From Myxococcota bacterium (GTDB taxonomy: Bacteria > Myxococcota_A > UBA796 > CAJQPC01), in NCBI GenBank assembly GCA_036012755.1, contig DASCPX010000193.1, forward strand, positions 1 through 64,000: a DNA stretch of 64,000 nucleotides, read 5' to 3'. The notes under the pieces were generated by a model that saw nothing but the letters and a program-made list of their open reading frames with translations, was not told where the DNA came from and ran no database searches. A program made the position numbers and the translations under genes. Of the stretch, positions 56,750-64,000 are shown piece after piece. Each line of letters starts with the position of its first letter. Position 1 is the first letter of the stretch.

Positions 56750-58423
56750 TCAACGAGCGATGGTGATGCCCAGCTCTTCCAGGCGCTCCCTCAGCGCCTC
56801 CATGTCTCCCTCGCGCACCAGGCACTGACCGCGCACGACCTCTCGGGCCAGCAGCGGCCCGGCGATGTGGTCCCGCCGGATGGCGTCTGTCACGCTGGCG
56901 GGGAGGTGGATCACCAGCGCCGCCTCGGTGCGGGCGGGCTCGACGCCGCTGGCGGCCCGGACCCGGACCTCGAGCTCCCCGGGCAAGGTGGAGTCGACGT
57001 GCAGACGCCGGAGGGTCTCGAGCAAGCCGTTGACGTCATCGACAGGTCGGGGGGCGACGTCGAAGTACCAGTGGCGGCGATCACGGCCCGCCAACGAGCC
57101 CACTCGCGCCAGCGCCGCGCGGACGGTGAGCGCGTCGCGACCAACCGGAACGACGATGCGATCCCCCTCCATGTGGAAGGCGGCCGGAGGCGGCTCCGTG
57201 TAGTCGATGACGCGACCGGCCCCCGGCCCCCGACGGAGCCTCCCCTCCTCGTCCTCCACGACGGTCACGCCCGAGAACAGGGTGATGCGCTCCGCGGAGC
57301 GCGCCCACTCCACGATGGACTGCTGCACCGTGAGCGGGACTCCGGTCCGGCTGTGCTCGGCCAGGAAGTCCAGGACATCGAGGTTCCCCACCGCCATGTC
57401 CGCGGCGACGCCGCCTCGGGTGAGCTTGTGGCGGTGGACCCGGTCTCCATCGACGTATGGGGCGAGCCGGCAGAGACGCCCGTAGTCGCTGGAGGAGAGC
57501 TCTCCGGCGCCGACGATTATGTCCATGTCCGGAGTGAGCAGGAAACCCGTGGGGAGGCGTGGCTGCTCGCCGGGCTTGCGCACGGAGACGAGCCCCTCCG
57601 CGTCTCGAGAGCCCTCCAGCACGCCGATGCGATGGAAGACCTCTGCCGCGAGACGCAGGGCGGCGTCCGGGTTGCCGGGCAAGGCGCCCGCGGCCCTGTC
57701 GCCCAGCAGGGCGAGCACGTCATCGATCCTGGCCCAGTGCTCTCCGACGAGGCGCAACAGCAGGCGACCAGCGGCGTGCTCGTCGCTGTCGAGGACCACC
57801 GCAGGATCGACCAGCCTGCGAGGCCGGGACTCGGGGAAGCCATAGAGGCGACCCGCGGCTGGACGGGCCATGCCGCAGGCCCGGGCCAGGCGAAGGGCCA
57901 GACGCCAGCGCGCCGGATCCCCCAGGGAGCCGAGCAGCCGGTCGATCTGGTCCTTTCGCGGAGAGCCATCACGGGTCAGCGACGGAGGCCTGGCCTCCAG
58001 GGCCGCAGCGGCCACGACCCTGTCGAAGCGAGCATCCCCCGGCGGGAAGCTCGGGGCACCGGGGGCGGCCGGAAGGGCACCGGCGAAGGGATGGCGACCA
58101 CGCAGGTGCGGGCTCAGACGCGAAGCCGCAGCGTAGAACCGCGGGTCGATCGTCGCCCCGCTGGAGGGACGCGCCCGGGGCAGCACGAAGCCTCCGAGCC
58201 AGAGCATCTCGTGGGTCTCGATCCTCCCGGCGAAGCGCGGGTCGATGGGATCCCCGGCGTCCCCGGCCAACAGCAGGGTGTCGAGGAGGTCCCGGTCGTC
58301 CCCGCCGAGTGCCTCCGCGCGTCGCAGGACCGAGGAGGGGTCATCGATCTCGTCGATGCCTACGGGCATCTCGGCGCGGAAGCTCGCGTCGTAGGCGTCG
58401 ACCAGCCGCGCGAGCTCGCTCAT
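56750..58423 (-). CDS. Protein with an XPB-type helicase-associated (Helicase_C_3) domain
   Basis: LLTPDMDIIV, HKLTRGGV, VLDFLAEHSRTGVPLTVQQSIVEW; no Walker motifs. Confidence 0.7.
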   Translation of the reverse strand: MSELARLVDAYDASFRAEMPVGIDEIDDPSSVLRRAEALGGDDRDLLDTLLLAGDAGDPIDPRFAGRIETHEMLWLGGFVLPRARPSSGATIDPRFYAAASRLSPHLRGRHPFAGALPAAPGAPSFPPGDARFDRVVAAAALEARPPSLTRDGSPRKDQIDRLLGSLGDPARWRLALRLARACGMARPAAGRLYGFPESRPRRLVDPAVVLDSDEHAAGRLLLRLVGEHWARIDDVLALLGDRAAGALPGNPDAALRLAAEVFHRIGVLEGSRDAEGLVSVRKPGEQPRLPTGFLLTPDMDIIVGAGELSSSDYGRLCRLAPYVDGDRVHRHKLTRGGVAADMAVGNLDVLDFLAEHSRTGVPLTVQQSIVEWARSAERITLFSGVTVVEDEEGRLRRGPGAGRVIDYTEPPPAAFHMEGDRIVVPVGRDALTVRAALARVGSLAGRDRRHWYFDVAPRPVDDVNGLLETLRRLHVDSTLPGELEVRVRAASGVEPARTEAALVIHLPASVTDAIRRDHIAGPLLAREVVRGQCLVREGDMEALRERLEELGITIAR

Positions 58424-58965
58424 GCGCCGGACTTGCTCGCCGTCCACTCGCCCCGAGCGGTGCACTCGATGCTGGTGTCGTCGTCGTCGGTCGAGATGCC
58501 GTACCAGGCGAAGCCCTCGATGTACACGCGGCCTCGATACACGTCGTCATAGGCCAGCCCCCCCATGGCGACGTGGATCATGCCGTAGCGGCTGTCCTGG
58601 TATTGGCCCGAGAAGGTGACGCCCCCGGTCGAGGACTCGATGCCCCAGAACTTCACGTCCTCGAGGTCCGGGTCGTCCCAGGTCGCGTAGAGCTGGTCGG
58701 GCCAGCGCCCACCTACCTCCATGGCACCGTCGAAGGGCAGGTCCGAGCCTGCCTTGAAGCCGTCGAGGCCGCAGCTCTCCGTGAACAGGTTCTTGCCTAC
58801 GTCCGAGGTCCAGTTCCCGAGCACGTTGGGCACGTTGCCCGTGTCCCCTCCGGGGCCGTCGATGTCTCCGCAGACAGAGGTGCTGTCTTCGGCGCCCGAG
58901 TCGTCGTTGTTTCCGCGACAGGCCACGAGCGAAACGAGCAGCAGGATCAGGGATGGCGTGTTCAT
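58420..58965 (-). CDS. Hypothetical lipoprotein
   Basis: MNTPSLILLLVSLVAC lipobox; coupled at both ends by ATGA overlaps. Confidence 0.72.
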   Translation of the reverse strand: MNTPSLILLLVSLVACRGNNDDSGAEDSTSVCGDIDGPGGDTGNVPNVLGNWTSDVGKNLFTESCGLDGFKAGSDLPFDGAMEVGGRWPDQLYATWDDPDLEDVKFWGIESSTGGVTFSGQYQDSRYGMIHVAMGGLAYDDVYRGRVYIEGFAWYGISTDDDDTSIECTARGEWTASKSGA

Positions 58966-59606
58966 GAGTCTTCTTCCTCGGTGATGACGACCTCGACTCG
59001 GCGGTTTATCTCGCGCCCTTCGGCGGTCGCGTTGTCGACGATGGGGCGCCACTCGCCACGACCTGCGGCGGTGAAGCGATGGGGAGAGACCCCCCAGTCG
59101 GAGACGAAGGAGCGCACGACCGCGGCGGCTCGAGCAGCGGAGAGCTCCAGGTTCGACGGGTACTGACGCTTGAGCCGCCCGCTGATGGGGGTGTCGTCCG
59201 TGTGGCCGATGACCAGCACGTGGGTCTCCAGGTGCAGGTTGAGCGCGGTGCTCAAGAGGTCCATCACCATCTCGGACTCCGACCGCAGCCGGGTCGAGCC
59301 CGGGGCGAACATCGTCGCTCCCGGGAGGGTGACGATGGTCTGGTGCAGCCCCCGCTCGATGCCGACCTCCTGACCCGCGAAGACCTGGCGCAGCTCGGTG
59401 TAGATGACCGGAGGGGGAAGGGTCCCGCTGTCGCAGGTCTTCAGCTGCTCGCTCAGGCGGGCGTTCTCCTGCTTGAGCGCGATGACCTCGCGGTCGAGCT
59501 TCTGGACCAGGTCGGTCTCGCCCCGAACGTGGCGCGGGACGCAGCCCGCCACGAGAGCGAGGCTCGCTCCCGCCAGGAATGCTCGTCGATCGGTGTCGGC
59601 GCCCAT
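58962..59606 (-). CDS. OmpA/MotB-family peptidoglycan-binding lipoprotein (Tat-like leader)
   Basis: DRRAFLAG...VAGC; coiled coil; GHTDD, SNLELSAARA, GRGEWRP, NRRVEV. Confidence 0.9.
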   Translation of the reverse strand: MGADTDRRAFLAGASLALVAGCVPRHVRGETDLVQKLDREVIALKQENARLSEQLKTCDSGTLPPPVIYTELRQVFAGQEVGIERGLHQTIVTLPGATMFAPGSTRLRSESEMVMDLLSTALNLHLETHVLVIGHTDDTPISGRLKRQYPSNLELSAARAAAVVRSFVSDWGVSPHRFTAAGRGEWRPIVDNATAEGREINRRVEVVITEEEDS

Positions 59607-59621
59607 CTGGCCAGAGAATAG

Positions 59622-60029
59622 CTACGAAGTCAGGGCCCTGGCGCGGATAGCGCGCAGGATGTCGAAACGCGTGATGGCTCCCACGAGGTCCCGGTCCCCC
59701 GAGACCACCGGCAAGCGGCGGAAGTCATGGTGCAGAAAGAGGCCCGCGGCGTAGTAGACGTTCATCTGCGGAGTGACCGTGACCGGGTCCCTGGTCATGA
59801 AGTCCGCGACCGTTCCCGCGGCGCGCGGTCCGCCGACTCCGCCGATGGTCAACAAGCGCAGCATGTCCTTCTCCGTGACGATGCCGATGACACGTCCGAC
59901 CTCGTCGAGGACAGGAGCCCCGGTGACCTTCGAGTCCAGCGGGAACGCCACCGCCTCGTAGATGTCGACGTCCGCGGTCAGGCTCGGGACCACCGTGTCC
60001 ATGAACTCGCGAACGGTCGGCTGGCGCAT
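59622..60029 (-). CDS. CBS-domain pair protein
   Basis: TVREFM, TGAPVLD...GIVTEKD, TVADFMT, RRLPVV...GAITRFD; AGGAGG RBS. Confidence 0.88.
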   Translation of the reverse strand: MRQPTVREFMDTVVPSLTADVDIYEAVAFPLDSKVTGAPVLDEVGRVIGIVTEKDMLRLLTIGGVGGPRAAGTVADFMTRDPVTVTPQMNVYYAAGLFLHHDFRRLPVVSGDRDLVGAITRFDILRAIRARALTS

Positions 60030-60057
60030 TCGCCACCTCCTACACCGAGAATCGTCC

Positions 60058-60951
60058 TCAGCTGAGGGGGAGCGCGAGGCTGTCTATGACCCAGTCCTGG
60101 GGACCGAATGTCTTGGAGTTCTGGCGCGCCTGGCCAGAGGCGCGGAAGCGCAGGAAGCGATCAGCCCAGCGGCGCAGCGACAGCGGGAAGCGCCACTCCC
60201 ACCGGTCTTTGCGGCGCACCCGCGCCATCATCATCCAGTGGAGCGTGATCGGGTGGTGCTCGACCGGGTCGCCGAGACATGGCATGCCCTCGAGATCCGC
60301 TGGGACCTTCGAGAAGGCGATTCGGCCGTCGGAGTCGACGCCGATCCAGTCGTTCTCAGGAGGGTGGCCGAGGGCATCCGCCCAGTCGAGCAGGCCCTGG
60401 AGATCCTCGTCGGCACCCTGGCGACGTGCCATCTTCGCGAAGGCGCGGCCGCATGCCTCTGCGTCGTTGGTGGCGCGATGGGCGCCTTCGAGTCGCACAT
60501 CGAGCCGGCTGCAGAGGTCCTGGAGCTTGTGGGACCGGGCGTCGGGGAACACCCGCTTGGACAACAACAACGTGTCGATCTCGGCGAAGGGATCGGGCCA
60601 CACGCGCCCGGCCCGCTCGAACTCCATGGACAAGAAAGCGCGGTCGAAGGCGTAGTTGTGGGCGACACAGACACCGCCCTGCATGACGCGAGCGATCTCG
60701 TCGATCTTCCCGGCGAACAGCGGCGCGTTGGCGACGTCAGCGTCCGTGATTCCCGTGACCTGGGTCGCCTTGGGCGGGATCGGTCGCTCCGGGTTGAAGA
60801 GCGCGTGGTGACGCTGGACGCCGACGACCCGCCCCTCGCGGCCGATGGTCAACTCGACGGCGGCCCACTCCATGATGCGGTCGTCGTCGAAGGGTCTCAG
60901 TCCCGTCGTCTCGGTGTCGTAAGCGACGATGCGCAGCTCCTTCCACTTCAC
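60058..60951 (-). CDS. DEDDh 3'-5' exonuclease (DNA polymerase III epsilon-like)
   Basis: YDTETTG, AHNYAFD, IDTL, HRATNDA. Confidence 0.9.
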   Translation of the reverse strand: MKWKELRIVAYDTETTGLRPFDDDRIMEWAAVELTIGREGRVVGVQRHHALFNPERPIPPKATQVTGITDADVANAPLFAGKIDEIARVMQGGVCVAHNYAFDRAFLSMEFERAGRVWPDPFAEIDTLLLSKRVFPDARSHKLQDLCSRLDVRLEGAHRATNDAEACGRAFAKMARRQGADEDLQGLLDWADALGHPPENDWIGVDSDGRIAFSKVPADLEGMPCLGDPVEHHPITLHWMMMARVRRKDRWEWRFPLSLRRWADRFLRFRASGQARQNSKTFGPQDWVIDSLALPLS

Positions 60952-61502
60952 AGCAAGGTCTCCACGGCGGCACGCGCCGCGTCCTGCGCAGCGTTGCGGT
61001 GGACGAGCCACTCTGCGTGGGCGTCGGGGCCGACGACATTGGAGATGCCGAGCACGGCCAGGAAGGGAACATCGCGCTGGGCGCAGGCACAGGCGGCGCC
61101 GAAGGCCTCCATGTGCTCCACCTGCCAGCCGTCCGAGAGCCGACCGGCGAGGACGGTGTCGGTCGTCACGGCGCCGACGGTCAGCACGTCGGCGCGAGGA
61201 AGGTCGACGCGCTCGAGGAACTCCGGGTGGCACTCCACCGGGGCGGGGCGGCGCGGTACGTAGCCGAGCCCCATCGCGGCGACCCCGTGAGAGAGCCCAC
61301 AGCGACGGGCCGCCACGGCCTGGCCGATCTCGAGCCCACTTCCGGGGTAGGCACCCGCCGTGCCTATCAGGACCACCGCGTCCGGCCTGCGCTCGACGAG
61401 CAGCGTCGCCATGCGGGCGGCGACGACCACCGGACCGACGCCAAGGGCCGCTCCGTCGAGGTAGCCGAGCTCTTCGCGGACGGCAGAGACAAGGAGGATC
61501 AC
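60948..61502 (-). CDS. Nucleoside phosphorylase/nucleosidase family protein (futalosine hydrolase- or MTA/SAH nucleosidase-like)
   Basis: SAVREE, GVGPV, IGTAGAY, EHMEAF, GISN.VG. Confidence 0.75.
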   Translation of the reverse strand: MILLVSAVREELGYLDGAALGVGPVVVAARMATLLVERRPDAVVLIGTAGAYPGSGLEIGQAVAARRCGLSHGVAAMGLGYVPRRPAPVECHPEFLERVDLPRADVLTVGAVTTDTVLAGRLSDGWQVEHMEAFGAACACAQRDVPFLAVLGISNVVGPDAHAEWLVHRNAAQDAARAAVETLL

Positions 61503-62176
61503 GTCGCGGCAGCTATCACACTGGTGGTCCGGTCGCGGGCCTCTTCGAGCTGCGCGCGGAAATCACCGAGGCTCCAGAGCTTCGCTCCCGAGCGAGGTGT
61601 GCGGACCACCCAGCTGTCTCCGAAGTCGGGCTCCACGTCGGAGCCGCTGGTGGCCTCGACGAGGTGGACGAGGCTCTTGTGGGCCCCCCGGTGGGTCTGC
61701 CAGGCCTCGAAGGCCGTGCGCGAGACGAAGGCCCCGTCCGCGCAAGGCACGCCGTCGAGGCTGACCGGCGCGAAGAGCCTCGGGATCGCCATCGACGCCG
61801 CCACCGCCCGGGGCAGCGGCCCCGAGGTGACCAGTCGGTGCTCCCCCGCCGCGGTCATCACACCCACGCCGAAGGGACGGGGCAGATCCTCGAAGCGGGC
61901 AGGCAACAGCTCGCTGATGTGCTCGATCACCGAGTCCATCGTGAAGAGCCCGCGCCACAGCGCGAGGTGGGGCGAACACAACGACAGCGGCCGGCGAGAG
62001 GACAGCTCCCGCGCGAGCTCCGCGGCGCTCAGCCCCGCCGTCCACAGGCTGCCGGCGAGCGCCCCGGAGCTGGTTCCGACGACACCGTCGACCTCGATGC
62101 CCGCCTCCTCGACGGCGAGGAGGAAGCCACACTGACGGGCAAAGGCGAGGAAGCCACTGGAGAGGACCAGGTCCAC
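61499..62176 (-). CDS. Patatin-like phospholipase
   Basis: LVLSSG, GTSSGA, ASMAIP.LF.PV, DGA; start assigned at GTG 62176. Confidence 0.82.
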   Translation of the reverse strand: MDLVLSSGFLAFARQCGFLLAVEEAGIEVDGVVGTSSGALAGSLWTAGLSAAELARELSSRRPLSLCSPHLALWRGLFTMDSVIEHISELLPARFEDLPRPFGVGVMTAAGEHRLVTSGPLPRAVAASMAIPRLFAPVSLDGVPCADGAFVSRTAFEAWQTHRGAHKSLVHLVEATSGSDVEPDFGDSWVVRTPRSGAKLWSLGDFRAQLEEARDRTTSVIAAAT

Positions 62177-62191
62177 GGTGTAGAGAGCCTC

Positions 62192-64000
62192 GTGCTGACG
62201 CTCCTTGCCGCGTGCGCTTCCGATCCGCCACCCGTGGCGTTGACCGAGGTGCCCATCGAGCACGCCCCGATCGTGCTCGTCACCCTGGACACGACCCGCG
62301 CGGACCGGATCGGCGCCTATGGCCATGTGGCGGCTCGGACCCCGAACCTCGACGCGCTGGCCGCCAGGGGGACGCGCTTCTCCTCGGCCTGGGCGCCCGT
62401 ACCGCTGACGATCCCCAGCCACTCGACGATCCTCACGGGCCTGCTCCCTCCACGCCACGGCGTCCGGGACAACGGCGACCACCGGCTCAGCGAGGACGCC
62501 ACGACCCTCGCCGAGCACTTCGCCGCCGACGGCAGGCGCACCGCCGCGAGCGTGGGCGCCTTCGTGACCCAGTCACACTGGGGCTTCGGCCAGGGCTTCG
62601 ATGTCTACGACGAGTCCCTCCACGTGGCCTCCGAGTCCCTGAGCTGGCACGTCGAGCGCCCAGCCAACGAGGTCGTGGCCGCGGCCGACACCAGCGCCGA
62701 CTTCCTCTGGGTGCACCTCTTCGACGCCCACGCCCCCTACCTCCCCGATCCGGCCTTCGAGGACCCCTACGACGCCGAGATCCACCGCCTCGATGTCGCC
62801 CTCGGTGTCCTGTTGTCGACCCTGCCGGCGGACGCCACCGTCGTGGTGGTCGGTGACCACGGAGAGGGCTTCGGCGAAGGCGGAGAGGACGCCCACGGCC
62901 TGCTGTTGGAGGACGGGGTCCTGCGCGTCCCCCTCATCGTCGCGGGGCCGGGCGTGCCCGTCGGCGTCGTCGAGCGACCGGTCTCCCTCGCCGACATCAG
63001 CCCGACGATCCTCCGCCTCGCCGGGCTGCCGGCGCCTGGCGACCTCGATGGCCGCGATCTCTTCGACGAGAGCGAGCGGATCGGCGTCTACAGCGAGACC
63101 CGCTATGGCCACCACCACTTCGGCTGGACCCCGCTGGAGCGCTTGACGGCAGACAGCTCGAAGCTGGTGCGCGGCGCCCGCCTGGAGGGTGACGAGACCC
63201 TGCTGGCAGAGCTCGACCGCCTCTCGTCGCTGCCGCCGGCCTTTGCCGCGGCCGAGGCGACCCTGGACCCGAGCACCGTCGAGCAGCTCCAAGCCCTGGG
63301 CTACCTCTCGGAGGGCGGCTCCGGCGCTCACTCGGGCATCGATCCGCGCGACGGCATCGAGCAGATCGCCAAGCTCGCCGCGCTCCGGGAGCTCCCCCCT
63401 GCAGAAGCCCTCGAGGCGATGGCGGTCCTGCTTGCGGAGAACCCCGGCTGGCGTGACCTGCGCATGCGCCGCGGCTTGTCGCTCGCCCGACTGGGCAGGA
63501 CCGACGAGGCCCTGGCCGAGCTCACAGACGCCTACCGGGACGGCCCGGGCAGCACGACCGCCGTCACCATCGGGGAGCTCTGGCTGCGGCAGGGGGACCC
63601 CGCCGAGGCCCTCGGCTGGTTCCTCGAGGCCCTCACCATCGATCCTCGCTCGGCGACCGCTCGAGCGGGCCAGGCACAGTGCCTGGCCATGTCGGGACAG
63701 CTCGACGCGGCTCAGGCCGTGATCGACGAGGGCCTCGCCGAGACCCCGGACCACGCCGACCTGCTGCTCGCCGGAGCTGTCCTCGCTCTCGCCACGCACC
63801 AAGGCGAAGAGGACTGGATCGAGGCGGTCGAGGACATCGTCGCCCGCCGGCCGACCCAGGCCCGGCTGAACCACGTGCTGGGCTCGCTACACCTCCGCGC
63901 GGGTCACCCCGAGGAGGCCGAGCAGGCATTCGAGCAGGAGCTGCGGATGCAGCCTGGGAACGTCGCCGCTCGCCTCGACCTCGTGCGCCTCTACCAGGAA
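62192..64000 (+). CDS. Sulfatase-like hydrolase/transferase lipoprotein with C-terminal TPR repeats (runs off the window end)
   Basis: Read manually, absent from the ORF track: MLTLLAAC, VTLDTTRAD, TPNLDALA, TIPSHSTILTG, WVHLFDAHAPY, GDHGEG, EQLQALGYL, then TPR-like helices. Confidence 0.88.
   Translation, partial: MLTLLAACASDPPPVALTEVPIEHAPIVLVTLDTTRADRIGAYGHVAARTPNLDALAARGTRFSSAWAPVPLTIPSHSTILTGLLPPRHGVRDNGDHRLSEDATTLAEHFAADGRRTAASVGAFVTQSHWGFGQGFDVYDESLHVASESLSWHVERPANEVVAAADTSADFLWVHLFDAHAPYLPDPAFEDPYDAEIHRLDVALGVLLSTLPADATVVVVGDHGEGFGEGGEDAHGLLLEDGVLRVPLIVAGPGVPVGVVERPVSLADISPTILRLAGLPAPGDLDGRDLFDESERIGVYSETRYGHHHFGWTPLERLTADSSKLVRGARLEGDETLLAELDRLSSLPPAFAAAEATLDPSTVEQLQALGYLSEGGSGAHSGIDPRDGIEQIAKLAALRELPPAEALEAMAVLLAENPGWRDLRMRRGLSLARLGRTDEALAELTDAYRDGPGSTTAVTIGELWLRQGDPAEALGWFLEALTIDPRSATARAGQAQCLAMSGQLDAAQAVIDEGLAETPDHADLLLAGAVLALATHQGEEDWIEAVEDIVARRPTQARLNHVLGSLHLRAGHPEEAEQAFEQELRMQPGNVAARLDLVRLYQE

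Overview
High-GC bacterial chromosomal segment with dense, often overlapping genes. The gene content suggests Myxococcota or a related deltaproteobacterium (inference): Ser/Thr kinases, a MopE-type Asp/Cys-repeat lipoprotein, a MYXO-CTERM-like tail, DUF6982 and HDOD proteins. About 50 CDSs are supported. Metabolic genes include icmF, bioD, add, gloB, a 2-oxoacid:ferredoxin oxidoreductase pair and two transporters. Envelope genes include an STT3/AglB-like oligosaccharyltransferase divergent from a GT2, and a ~13 kb cluster of three GT-C-like paralogs, SGNH hydrolases, a membrane spermidine-synthase-like protein and two FGE-domain proteins. An XPB-like helicase/DUF790 pair and many lipoproteins are also present. 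No rRNA, tRNA, CRISPR array, integrase or transposase was recognised. The best novelty candidates are: (1) a ~170-nt five-way-junction non-coding RNA at ~40.8-40.9 kb with its own sigma-54 promoter, candidate enhancer sites and terminator; (2) a membrane protein fusing an ATPase-less Lon/S16 protease domain (intact Ser-Lys dyad) to a CHASE2 sensor; (3) the glycan/envelope cluster whose unrelated proteins share Gly/Pro-rich tracts; (4) recurrent ultra-short signal peptides and leaderless promoters. Two genes look interrupted (a 1-nt frameshift and an in-frame TAG). Family calls come from motif recognition by eye; no database search was run.
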